This document shows positions 25,323 to 35,221 of a stretch of DNA of 41,044 nt, one piece after another. The stretch covers positions 1-41,044 of IMG/VR virus record IMGVR_UViG_3300044723_000587. One strand, 5' to 3'. Positions within the stretch are counted from its first letter, which is position 1. Every line of letters begins with the position of its first letter. The notes below the pieces were generated by a model, which saw nothing but the letters and a program-made list of their open reading frames with translations, ran no database searches and was not told the origin of the DNA. A program made the translations under genes and the position numbers. This DNA comes from a virus (taxonomy: Duplodnaviria > Caudoviricetes).

Positions 25323-25733
25323 TTATATTATTTTAATCATTTCGTGAGTGTAAGTATCACCCTCTTTAAAACCTACTTTTTTATATACATCAATTAAAGG
25401 TTTGTTTTTAATCAAAGCATATATATATTTTTTTCCTAACGCTTCTGCTTCATCACTTATAGTTTTAACTAATAACTCTAAAGCTTCTTTTCTTTTTTGC
25501 CTGTCTTTATATTTTAAATTAGAAATAATCCAATCGCACCATGCTGCTTTTGAGTTAGTTACATACATAAAGCCTGCACATATTGGAACCTTGCCATCAT
25601 AAACCATAAAGCCACCCATACCATCATCAGGCAAAAAATCTTTTGAAGGCGGTGTCCATCTCCAATCTCTCCACCAATTACATAGAATATTTTCATAGTC
25701 GTCTGCATGTAATGGTAAAATATTTAATTTCAT
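25323..25733 (-). CDS. GNAT-fold acetyltransferase-like protein
   Basis: GFMVYDGKVPICAGF, AEALGKKYIY, YKKVGF; sits between tail and ejection genes, the position of T7 gp13. Confidence 0.7.
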   Translation of the reverse strand: MKLNILPLHADDYENILCNWWRDWRWTPPSKDFLPDDGMGGFMVYDGKVPICAGFMYVTNSKAAWCDWIISNLKYKDRQKRKEALELLVKTISDEAEALGKKYIYALIKNKPLIDVYKKVGFKEGDTYTHEMIKII

Positions 25734-25738
25734 TTACG

Positions 25739-25746
25739 CAAAGATA
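25739..25746 (-). promoter_or_regulatory. -7 promoter element, probably leaderless transcript
   Basis: TATCTTTG on the - strand, 5 nt before the ATG at 25733. Confidence 0.65.
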
Positions 25747-25753
25747 GTAAATT

Positions 25754-26560
25754 CTATGGATTACTTTTCATTACACTTCCTCCTACAGCAAACAATTCAA
25801 CTGCATTGGTATTAGTATTTTCAAGCGTAAAATTTAAATAGTATCCACGTGCACCATGTGATTCTGCTACAGCATTTTTAGCAAATAAAATAAAGTCTGT
25901 AACTGAAGGAACTGTACCTGTAGTACAGTTAACAGTAATAGATCCTAATGTAGCTACACCAGTAGCAGTAGTAGAGGGTTGAGTGATAGCAGTTATTACA
26001 CCACCAAGAGTAGGCGTACCTGCTGGAGCAGGGAATGTAGTAGGGGTTACCCAATACATTTCATCACCAACACTTACTATACTTCCTATGTCTACCTTAA
26101 ACTCTATAACAACTGCTGTTACAGGACCTGTAATATTAATACACGCCCCAATCCCATTTACCGACCTGTCTTTTAAATCTAAGGTGTTTTCATTCTCTCT
26201 TAAAAACGTAAACCACTCTCCTTCCTTTTGCTCAAAGTAGGTAGACAACATAGACCCAGTCCCTAAGTCTGAGAATAAACTTGTACACGCCCACCTGTCA
26301 TCACTCTCGTACGACATGGTCTTAAACAACTTAATAGTCATCGGCTCTACATTAAACACTGAGGTAATAGTAGAACTATACTGAACACCATAATAATTAT
26401 TTCTTAGTAAATTGGTATTATGTCTATATAACTGACCACCTTTCCAGCTGTAAAAAAACCCATTCATACCACACATATAATCTGGTATAAAAGAATAGAA
26501 CGAAGGCCAGCCTTTTACGTCTTCGCTGTAGGATAATGTTTGTGCTGGGTATGATGACAT
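25754..26560 (-). CDS. Tail protein resembling the C-terminal part of a nozzle/stabilisation protein
   Basis: TLSYSEDVKGWPSFYSF, RNNYYG, KLFKTMSYE, KEGEWF, RGYY, ELFAV. Confidence 0.7.
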   Translation of the reverse strand: MSSYPAQTLSYSEDVKGWPSFYSFIPDYMCGMNGFFYSWKGGQLYRHNTNLLRNNYYGVQYSSTITSVFNVEPMTIKLFKTMSYESDDRWACTSLFSDLGTGSMLSTYFEQKEGEWFTFLRENENTLDLKDRSVNGIGACINITGPVTAVVIEFKVDIGSIVSVGDEMYWVTPTTFPAPAGTPTLGGVITAITQPSTTATGVATLGSITVNCTTGTVPSVTDFILFAKNAVAESHGARGYYLNFTLENTNTNAVELFAVGGSVMKSNP

Positions 26561-26581
26561 ATTTTTATTTTAAATATTAAA

Positions 26582-28000
26582 CTATTGTATATCAGAACAC
26601 GCTACTATAGATTTAACAATACCATCTATATACGCTCCGCTTGATTGTACATTATATCCTTGATTAGCATAATCTTCAGGAGGTAATGCTTGTTGTTGAA
26701 CAGGAGACCTTTCTACAGTACTTCCATCAAACCAAACAGGTCCTGTATCTTTATACTCTCTTACCCCAACTTCTACTATCCAGTCTCTTAACCCTCCACC
26801 ATCATTAGCATCAAAAGTCATTTTGTAAAGACCAGCAGCTAAAGGGTTTTCTCCGTTTTCATCTGTATATATCCAGTCATGCAAACCTAATACTCCATTT
26901 TGTTGCCCTATTATAGTAGTCTGAGGAAAATTTGCTGAAGCATAATAACTTGAATTAGGATTTGAACTTCCGTAAGCATCAACAGGAACATGATAATAAG
27001 TTGCTTGATTAGGAGCTGCACATACTGTGGTTGGATCAGTTCCTTTAGCAAGCCTTATACTGCCCTGTATTCCTGTTAATAATCGAGGGCAATCTACTTT
27101 AAGTCCCCACCAAGAACCACAAGGAGAGTCTACTGTAATAGTTAATATATTATTTGAAACTCCAGGAGGAGAAGGAACAACCATAGTAGCCCCCCTGTAT
27201 TCCATTCCAGGTGAAGGCCAAGGAGTTCCAGGAGTTCCAAGGGATGAATAGTAAGAGTATGGAGGTAGATTAGGAGCTAAAGCCCTGTGAGGAGCAAAAG
27301 GATTAGAAGGTACTAATAAAGAGTCAGGTAAAGTAGGAGGTCTTTCAAAATAATTCCAATTTAAAAGTGTGGACTCATACGTTCCTGCGTTATTTGACAA
27401 ACCTGTCCATCCTAAAGGTGCTACTTGAGACCCTACATTCCAAGGTCCTGTAGCAACAAACGCCTGGGTATTAGCATCCCATATATATTCTTGACCTGTA
27501 GGAGAATAATTATCACTACCAAATTCTGTAGTCATTGTCTCTGAAGTTCCAACAAAACAATCATCTGAAGAATCTGGTCTTGGAAGAGCATCAGGTGATC
27601 CTATTAATCCTGTTTGATAACCACCAACTAAAGCACTATACTCTGATGCTGTAACACCATTATAACTCCAAGTACATTGATCGGGAGAAGGAAAAGTAGT
27701 AGTGTTTAATTGCCCAGAACTAAATGTTATTATTGCAGCTCCTGAAGTAGACCCTAAATTTATATCTATAGTATACCTACCCGTACCTCCGCTATTCTGC
27801 CATTGTGTATTACATGCAAGCGAACAAGTAGGGCATGGCTGAGGAGGGCCTAAAACCCCTGAAGTCATTACTCTACTAAAAGATCCAAAAGTATATATAC
27901 CATCAGATGCAACTGTAGTTAAAGCCGCATCAGAATATAATTGTGTTGCTGAAGAAAATGATACTCCAGCCCAATATACTGTAGGTGTTGTACAAGCCAT
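26582..28000 (-). CDS. Putative tail fibre/appendage protein
   Basis: 472 aa rich in Thr/Ser/Gly/Pro with CPTC and other Cys; inside the tail cluster. Confidence 0.6.
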   Translation of the reverse strand: MACTTPTVYWAGVSFSSATQLYSDAALTTVASDGIYTFGSFSRVMTSGVLGPPQPCPTCSLACNTQWQNSGGTGRYTIDINLGSTSGAAIITFSSGQLNTTTFPSPDQCTWSYNGVTASEYSALVGGYQTGLIGSPDALPRPDSSDDCFVGTSETMTTEFGSDNYSPTGQEYIWDANTQAFVATGPWNVGSQVAPLGWTGLSNNAGTYESTLLNWNYFERPPTLPDSLLVPSNPFAPHRALAPNLPPYSYYSSLGTPGTPWPSPGMEYRGATMVVPSPPGVSNNILTITVDSPCGSWWGLKVDCPRLLTGIQGSIRLAKGTDPTTVCAAPNQATYYHVPVDAYGSSNPNSSYYASANFPQTTIIGQQNGVLGLHDWIYTDENGENPLAAGLYKMTFDANDGGGLRDWIVEVGVREYKDTGPVWFDGSTVERSPVQQQALPPEDYANQGYNVQSSGAYIDGIVKSIVACSDIQ

Positions 28001-28017
28001 AATTTATTTATTTATTT

Positions 28018-31000
28018 TTAACATGTTCCACTATTTATTACCACACCATTTTGACCAAGTTGAATCCATTTTTTTGGTGACGTTGTTGATGGGTTATTTG
28101 CGTCAACTATATAAAAACCAGTAGCTACAAATCCTTCAAAAAACAAAGTTCCATTTACATTAACTTGTGCATTTGGATTACAAGTATTAGTACTGTCCAT
28201 ATAACATATGTCTCCAATTGTAGGGGTACTATAAGCACCAGAGAATGATTTCAATCCTAAACTTAAAGGACTATTTGTATCAGTAGCACATACTTGTGTA
28301 GCATTCTGTGTTTGTGGGCCAAAGTAACATGTGTTACATGGAGGAGTACAAGTACAACAAGCTTCTTCAATAGTTGATCCCCCTGTACAATAGCATACTG
28401 ATTGACTTGTTATCATTCTTAAATCCCATATTAAATATAAATAATCATTAACAGCAGGCATATTAAAAGCTGGTTCAGTAGCCTGAAACACACCTGTAGA
28501 TGGATTAGTTATAGGACCACTAACTACTGATGATGCCGCAAGTAAACTGGCAATATCTGCAGTACTATTACTATACAAAGTACTTGAAGATAATATTTTA
28601 AAACTATGTAATGCAGGATCAAAATCAAAATTATCAGGAATAATTTTTTGAGTCCTTATATTTATATCTGAACCTGTAGATGGGAAAACACCAACTCCTC
28701 TTACCCCTGTAGATGATTGATATATTGCTGGTTGAGATGTTGTTAAAGCTGCTGCCGTTAAATTATAAGGACTTATTGTAGGAGTGTTAGTCCAATTATA
28801 AGATGTATGAATAAACTCATTAACATAATTTGGAGAATTAACCACAACCTGAACAACTGTTAAAGGTATGGTTGGCGGACACTCTATTGTTATCTCATAG
28901 CTACTTAAATTATTAACTGTAATATCTACATTAGCTTGTGCCGATGGAAGAGATTTGTTAAAACTTAATGTTCCTGCACCTGTTAATCCTACTTGATTTA
29001 TAACTACCGAACCGTTCCAAGTAATAACTATATCAATAGACCCTAAAGTTATATTGTATGGTATATTAACTTGACCTGTTACTGTTCCTAAAGAAACATT
29101 GTAATTTAAATTATCAGTAGTACTATACTGAGTTAATGTAGTACCACAAGGAACCTTAGCTCCTGGAACAAATATACCAGTGTTGTTTGTAGTTAAAACA
29201 TACTCATTCATATAAGGATCATAACCTCCTAATTTTTGAGTAGCAAGTTGAGCGTTAAATCTATCTCTAAACCAAGAGTTCATACCATATTGTGACACAA
29301 CTTGTAGTTGATCACTACCTTGAGATGCACCTCTTAAGTTAAGTACAGCTCCTCTTTTGGTATCTGTAAAAAACATATCATATCCCCAAGAGGTAAAACT
29401 TTCAGGATTAAAACTAATTCCAAATTCTTCTATTCGTGCTACCTGAGTTCCTAATATTTCACGTACAGATGCAATTGCACCACCACCTGTAGAGTCAGTA
29501 ATAACATTTTTCTCTACTAATACATATGATATTTTATCTTCTTGCAATGTAAGAATGTCTGTTTCTCTTGCGTGTAATTTCATGATAGGACCAAAAGAAG
29601 TTTCGCAATCTTTAAAGTTTACTAAACCTAAATTAAACTCATTTAAGTTATTACTGTTAGCGGCTCCACTATACACACCGCTGTATGTCATTCCTGCAAA
29701 ACGGTCAGCCTCTTTAAAGTCTTGATTAGAAACTGCTAATACTCTTTCTCCTAAATTAAAAAACTTACCTGCTGGACTATCTCCAATTCTATAACTCTCA
29801 ACACCATTTCCAAATGTATAACAATTATATGCAGTTAAGTCTGTAGTTAAATCTGTAGTTGGACTTTGATTAACAGAGTTAGGAGCTAAACTATAAGTGT
29901 TAGACTGAACGTCATATATAGTATTAGCCATATGATAAGGCTGAGCACCTGCAGTTTGAGGTTCAATATCTAATAATTCTGATGCATCATAAAATAAATT
30001 AGGGTCTGCATCTTGAGGCACAGTTTCAAATACAAATAAAGATCCACCTCTTGTAACCTCTATAAGTGTACTACAATGACCATTATAATATTCAAATGCT
30101 TCCCAACAACGAGGAATATTACAAGTATTTACAAAAAATTGTCTACCATTTGTAGCTTGTCTTATTCTACACACACTATTAAATTGATTTTCTGTACACC
30201 CACTTCCTGATGTAACCAGAACTGGATCAAAAGATATAGCCATTTCTTGAGCAGTACTTGCCTGTTGAGTTGTCATTTGACTTGCAAGATCATCTCCTAC
30301 AGCCCAAGCGTGAAAGCTTGGGTAATCTGAAGTAGAAACAAAAGACCTATCGTAAGTTAAACTCTTACTGTCACAATCGCCTCCGCCTCCGCCTCTCCAA
30401 TTACGAATTTTAATTCTTATAGTTGACCCAGCAGGAATGGTATAAGGAACACTTGGAGTAACATCATTATCATTTAAATCATAATTACTAATACATCCAT
30501 CTTTAAAATTACCTGCATCATTTGCATCTTTAGACATTCTTCCTCTAAAGTAAGAAGGCTCTGTGTTTTCAATATTAAAACCACCTGGTTTTAATAACAT
30601 ATAAAGACCAGCTAAAGAAACATCTGTTATCTCTTTAGTAGCAAAAGCCTCTACTGCTAAAACAGTTGTAGACACTTCTGATGCTACCGCACCTCCTGTG
30701 TCCACCTTTACTATTAATTCATCTCCAACTTTTACTAAGTTTTGATTATTACCCTCTAACTTAAACCACACTAAACTTGGGTCGTTTTCATTAGTCAGAC
30801 CACTACTTACTCCTGACTGTTTACCTGATCCATCTTGCTGGTAAAAAGTATTTGAAAAAATAGTCATATAATTCCCTTCACTTGGCTTTATTACAAACTT
30901 ATATTTCTTTGCCCAATAAGGAGGTAAGTTACTTAAAGTAACTCGTATTTTATTTTTATAAGTTGACTTGTCAGGTTCAACAAATACAGTGTTAGTATCA

Positions 31001-33261
31001 GAGACTAATACTGTAGATGATCTACCGTAGTCATCCATATACACAACGCCTACTTCGTAATCTCTATTTGAATGTAGACTGTTTGTTTTACTTACCTGCC
31101 TGTATCCAGCAGTACATCCATACCCTATAAAGTTATAATAAATAAATGCTTCACTATAATTTGAGGAAGCAGGTGAAGTTCCGTCTGTATAATAATATTG
31201 AGTAGCAGGAAGCTCCAGAATGAAACCACCAGCAGTTGCTGTAAACTCAATACCTGAAGGGCTACACAATGCAGAGCTTCCAGATGCAGGAGTTATTTGA
31301 TAATTTACCCCACTTGTTTCTAAAGTTACTAAACCACCATTTATATCTGTTAACCCTAAGTCATTGGCTGCTATTGAATTAACACTTGCTGTTAATCCTG
31401 TAGCCATATCCATTACTATATCTCCTACTGCTAATCCAGCAATTAAAGTAAAGTCTATATTTGAATTGGTTAAAAATCCTGCAACAGCTGCGTCTGTAGC
31501 TCCTGAAGTAATAATAGTATTACTACATGTTAAAGGAAAAGATGATGGAGTACATTGTTGTGCTACCGTTCTTCCACCATTAATTAATTCTAAGTTAGTT
31601 CCTGTCATAGGAGTTACTGCAGCTTCATAAAACTTATCTGAAAGTGTAGCTCCTTTATTTGAATTATAACAAGGATAAAGCTCTTGAATTGAGTTAGAAC
31701 TAAATCCTTGAGCAATAGAACCTCCTATTCTTTCTTTAAACTCCTGAGATGCACACATTTGTGTTACATTAGGATAGTCAACAGAACACGTAAAACTCAT
31801 TCTAATTGTAAAAGGAGACTGCTGATTAAAATTATTTCCATTATTAGTACTACACTCTACCCCTGTACCGTAATCATTACAGGTAATACTGTTTTGAGAA
31901 ATAGAAAAACCAAAGAAAAAAGTAGTCCCTGTTTTTATATCTCCTGAAGTTGGATTTGCAGCCGTTAGATCCCATGTTAATCGAGAGTCGGTACCTACAG
32001 CTCCGCCTCCTATAGTATAAGCAGAAGTCTGTACAAGTGGATTTGCAGCTACTGCAGGAACACCACCTTGAGCAGGACTTGCAACCGATCCATTTCCTAA
32101 AGGAACTCCCGCTATCTCTTCAAAGACAGGAGCTACAGTATAATTTATAGGTATTTTATTCCCATCAAAAGCAGAAAGTAAATCATAACCATCCACATAG
32201 TTTCCGTATATTAATCTATTACCTTTAATGGTTTGAGCCTTAGCAGTTCTTGGAACATTATCATAAAGTCTTAGTAATTCATCTGAACCTAATGTGGTAT
32301 AGATTTCACTATTTGTAAATCGATGAGTCATAGTATCATTATTAGGAATACCTAAGTCATCTTTTTTAAATCTTTTAATAACATTTATAACATTAGATGT
32401 AGTTTGTTTAAATAACAAATCTATTTCTACTACTCTTTTAGTACCTGTAGAGAATGTAACATCAAAAGCTTTATAAACATTATACATCCCTGCATTTAAA
32501 TAGTCATCAATACTAAATCTAAATTCACGAGGTTGAAACGCAGGATCACTAAATAAAGATATTGCACTATACCCTCCATCTGTATATCTATATCTATAAG
32601 CAAAAGTAACAAACCTGGTTTGTAAATAATTTTCTTGACCTACATAGTCCTGTATAGGAACCACTACTGGAGATCCTAACGGAGAATTTTGTCCTGCCGT
32701 AGTATCAAACTCTTCGTATCCTGGTGGCTTAACTATTACGCTAATATCTTCTTCTTTAAATATAGTATCTATACCACCTACAGGATAATCATAGTCTCTT
32801 GTTACATTAATTACTCGAGGAGGATTTATATCGTCAGTAAAAAATAATAAATCTTCTATCTTATTTATACCAGTAATTAAATGTTTTTCATCAAAATTTA
32901 AAACAGATGTACTTATACAGTGATAAGTCAAAGAAGAAGTATTAGTATTAAAAGATACTATTAAGTCAACCTTACCTGTAGGAGAGTTTGGATTATTACT
33001 ATCATGTATAAACCAATAAAGAGTTTCATTTATACCATCTTCATAAACTCCAAGTGTTTTTCCATTGACTGTTTGCCCTGCATATTCAACATTAGTTAAA
33101 AGAGAATTACCTTTAGAGTTTTCTACAGCTCCTATTTCAGTAGCTTCAGTAGACCCTAAACGAACATTTAAAGCATCTATATACTCTCCAGGTGGAACCA
33201 AGCGTTCATCAACGCTCTTATTCATTTTACCTGCTATAAAATTTGTTGAGGCTTTTGCCAT
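28018..33261 (-). CDS. Tail nozzle/stabilisation protein with accessory domains
   Basis: GKMNKSVDERLVP.GEY.DALN, LFFTDD.NPPR.IN, FAYRYRY, GNRLIYGNY, YEVGVVYMDDYGRSS, FGISFNPESF, GGYDP. Confidence 0.8.
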   Translation of the reverse strand: MAKASTNFIAGKMNKSVDERLVPPGEYIDALNVRLGSTEATEIGAVENSKGNSLLTNVEYAGQTVNGKTLGVYEDGINETLYWFIHDSNNPNSPTGKVDLIVSFNTNTSSLTYHCISTSVLNFDEKHLITGINKIEDLLFFTDDINPPRVINVTRDYDYPVGGIDTIFKEEDISVIVKPPGYEEFDTTAGQNSPLGSPVVVPIQDYVGQENYLQTRFVTFAYRYRYTDGGYSAISLFSDPAFQPREFRFSIDDYLNAGMYNVYKAFDVTFSTGTKRVVEIDLLFKQTTSNVINVIKRFKKDDLGIPNNDTMTHRFTNSEIYTTLGSDELLRLYDNVPRTAKAQTIKGNRLIYGNYVDGYDLLSAFDGNKIPINYTVAPVFEEIAGVPLGNGSVASPAQGGVPAVAANPLVQTSAYTIGGGAVGTDSRLTWDLTAANPTSGDIKTGTTFFFGFSISQNSITCNDYGTGVECSTNNGNNFNQQSPFTIRMSFTCSVDYPNVTQMCASQEFKERIGGSIAQGFSSNSIQELYPCYNSNKGATLSDKFYEAAVTPMTGTNLELINGGRTVAQQCTPSSFPLTCSNTIITSGATDAAVAGFLTNSNIDFTLIAGLAVGDIVMDMATGLTASVNSIAANDLGLTDINGGLVTLETSGVNYQITPASGSSALCSPSGIEFTATAGGFILELPATQYYYTDGTSPASSNYSEAFIYYNFIGYGCTAGYRQVSKTNSLHSNRDYEVGVVYMDDYGRSSTVLVSDTNTVFVEPDKSTYKNKIRVTLSNLPPYWAKKYKFVIKPSEGNYMTIFSNTFYQQDGSGKQSGVSSGLTNENDPSLVWFKLEGNNQNLVKVGDELIVKVDTGGAVASEVSTTVLAVEAFATKEITDVSLAGLYMLLKPGGFNIENTEPSYFRGRMSKDANDAGNFKDGCISNYDLNDNDVTPSVPYTIPAGSTIRIKIRNWRGGGGGDCDSKSLTYDRSFVSTSDYPSFHAWAVGDDLASQMTTQQASTAQEMAISFDPVLVTSGSGCTENQFNSVCRIRQATNGRQFFVNTCNIPRCWEAFEYYNGHCSTLIEVTRGGSLFVFETVPQDADPNLFYDASELLDIEPQTAGAQPYHMANTIYDVQSNTYSLAPNSVNQSPTTDLTTDLTAYNCYTFGNGVESYRIGDSPAGKFFNLGERVLAVSNQDFKEADRFAGMTYSGVYSGAANSNNLNEFNLGLVNFKDCETSFGPIMKLHARETDILTLQEDKISYVLVEKNVITDSTGGGAIASVREILGTQVARIEEFGISFNPESFTSWGYDMFFTDTKRGAVLNLRGASQGSDQLQVVSQYGMNSWFRDRFNAQLATQKLGGYDPYMNEYVLTTNNTGIFVPGAKVPCGTTLTQYSTTDNLNYNVSLGTVTGQVNIPYNITLGSIDIVITWNGSVVINQVGLTGAGTLSFNKSLPSAQANVDITVNNLSSYEITIECPPTIPLTVVQVVVNSPNYVNEFIHTSYNWTNTPTISPYNLTAAALTTSQPAIYQSSTGVRGVGVFPSTGSDINIRTQKIIPDNFDFDPALHSFKILSSSTLYSNSTADIASLLAASSVVSGPITNPSTGVFQATEPAFNMPAVNDYLYLIWDLRMITSQSVCYCTGGSTIEEACCTCTPPCNTCYFGPQTQNATQVCATDTNSPLSLGLKSFSGAYSTPTIGDICYMDSTNTCNPNAQVNVNGTLFFEGFVATGFYIVDANNPSTTSPKKWIQLGQNGVVINSGTC

Positions 33262-33262
33262 A

Positions 33263-34183
33263 TTATTTTAACCATTTATCCTGACCTCTTAAATTTTGTA
33301 AGAGTCTGCCAGGGTGTATATTACTTAATCTTAATTTAGCGTTACGAAGCAAAGAAGACTTATCTTTTCTTGCTCTGTTTACTATATATTCCTGTACTCC
33401 AAATCGGCCATTTAAAATAGCATATTTAATATATGCGTATATAAAATCTTCAAATAATTTGTTAACACTAATACTGGAGTCATCACCATTTTCCATACCA
33501 TCAGAAATATATTCTAATACCACTAACTTTCCAGCCATTCCTGAATTAAAGTTTATAACACCTCCTTTTTTATTTATACTAAAAGTAGGATTTACATTTG
33601 CTGTTTCTGTGTTTAATCCAAAGCGTGCACCTACCGCATAATCAAAACACCAATTTCCATTAATACAATAACCTTCCTGTCCATGATAAGGACCTTGTCC
33701 TAAATACATTGTTCTTTGTTGTCCTGACAATCTTTCTTTATCAAAAAAAGAATTATTAGGTTTTAATACATTTCCGTCTATATCAAATAATATTCTACAA
33801 TCATTATCTTGTAAGTATGCCCCACTCCAATTAGTTTGAATATTTTCTGTCATTGGATACAACATACCATTTTGTTCTAATGAGATTCTCACCCAGTTAA
33901 CATAGTCAGGTGGAAGTACAAATCTTAATTGATCACAAATCTGAAGTTCTAATATTTTTATTTCTTTCATTGCATCGTAATTCAATTCTTGAATTCCTCT
34001 TTTTGCATGAAACAAAACTTGATATCTATTTAAGTTATTTACAATCTCATTGTTACCTTGAAACATTAACATGAAATTATTTACAATATCTTCTAAAGAT
34101 ATGTACTGATAAGACCCCCAATTAGAATCAGTTGGTACTACCCCATTGTTTTCATAATATTGATAATCTGTAATATATGTCAT
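33263..34183 (-). CDS. Tail ring/adaptor protein
   Basis: AKRGIQELNYD, LPPDYVNWVRI, LEYISDG; position upstream of the nozzle. Confidence 0.7.
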   Translation of the reverse strand: MTYITDYQYYENNGVVPTDSNWGSYQYISLEDIVNNFMLMFQGNNEIVNNLNRYQVLFHAKRGIQELNYDAMKEIKILELQICDQLRFVLPPDYVNWVRISLEQNGMLYPMTENIQTNWSGAYLQDNDCRILFDIDGNVLKPNNSFFDKERLSGQQRTMYLGQGPYHGQEGYCINGNWCFDYAVGARFGLNTETANVNPTFSINKKGGVINFNSGMAGKLVVLEYISDGMENGDDSSISVNKLFEDFIYAYIKYAILNGRFGVQEYIVNRARKDKSSLLRNAKLRLSNIHPGRLLQNLRGQDKWLK

Positions 34184-34185
34184 AA

Positions 34186-35139
34186 TTAACTTGTTTCTTG
34201 TATTTCGTTACCCTCTTCAGTTTTCCCAAAATTATATACTTCAGCATCTCTAATTTCTATACCTACATACTGACATATCTTTGCAATTAATGTTGGCTCA
34301 TCAGACTGAGGTAATTCAAACTCTTGAAAGTCAGGCTGTGTAGGGTCAAATATTGGCTCACCAACTCCTAAGTTTTGCCAAGTCCATTTAGGTATCTTAG
34401 GATATCTTACATACTGAGCTTGTATATCTCCTACGTTTAATATAGTAGTAGGATATACTGTTATTATATTACCATCTAAAACATATGCTGGATACGTTTT
34501 AGTAGGAGCAGTTAAAGCAGAGTTTGTTAAATAAAATATTTTATTTTGATTAACCCTTTCTACTTCTCTAATATTTGTATTAGAATAAATGACATAATTC
34601 TGACCACCAACTAAAAATATATCTGCACTTAAAGTTACTACAGTACTACTAAGAACCCCTGTAATATAAGCCTGCTGTAATGTTGTAGTGTTAACCACTA
34701 AAGAACCAATCTTAGGTGTTGGTGATGATGCTGGTATTATCGTCCATCCTACAGCATTTATATCTATTAATTGATTTGCTACTGCTGCAGTATTTGTTCC
34801 TTTAAATAAAGGGACTGAATAATAAAATAATTTATTTATTAGATAATAATCATTAGGTAAGTTATAAGTATTAGAATTGTTCTGAGCTAAAAAAACTTGA
34901 TTAGAAAAACTATCCATCACCTCTACTAATCCTTTTATTACATCAGCATAACCTTCACCTGACATTCTGCTATTTTGTTTGTTGATCCAATTATTATAAC
35001 TATAAAAGTAATCTTCAAACATATCTACCTGCGCTTGTTTAGCGTACAAATTAAAATCTTGAGGAGATATATATCCGTAGTTATTTTTATTTGCTATAGC
35101 TAATACAGTATTCCTTACTTCATTTATTGATGCTGCCAT
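34186..35139 (-). CDS. Head-tail adaptor/ring protein with inserted beta domain
   Basis: ANKNNYGYISPQDFN, YNLPNDYY, YVRYPKIPKW, FELP. Confidence 0.7.
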   Translation of the reverse strand: MAASINEVRNTVLAIANKNNYGYISPQDFNLYAKQAQVDMFEDYFYSYNNWINKQNSRMSGEGYADVIKGLVEVMDSFSNQVFLAQNNSNTYNLPNDYYLINKLFYYSVPLFKGTNTAAVANQLIDINAVGWTIIPASSPTPKIGSLVVNTTTLQQAYITGVLSSTVVTLSADIFLVGGQNYVIYSNTNIREVERVNQNKIFYLTNSALTAPTKTYPAYVLDGNIITVYPTTILNVGDIQAQYVRYPKIPKWTWQNLGVGEPIFDPTQPDFQEFELPQSDEPTLIAKICQYVGIEIRDAEVYNFGKTEEGNEIQETS

Positions 35140-35157
35140 ATTATATAAACATTTCTA

Positions 35158-35165
35158 CAAAGATA
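35158..35165 (-). promoter_or_regulatory. -7 promoter element
   Basis: TATCTTTG on the - strand, 18 nt upstream of the ATG at 35139. Confidence 0.65.
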
Positions 35166-35167
35166 AC

Positions 35168-35204
35168 AAAAAAAAAGAGGCCCACTTTTTTTGTAGGCCT
35201 CTCT
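35168..35204 (-). terminator. Rho-independent terminator
   Basis: GAGGCC/GGCCTC stem followed by a T tract on the - strand. Confidence 0.8.
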
Positions 35205-35221
35205 TAATATATAATAATTAA

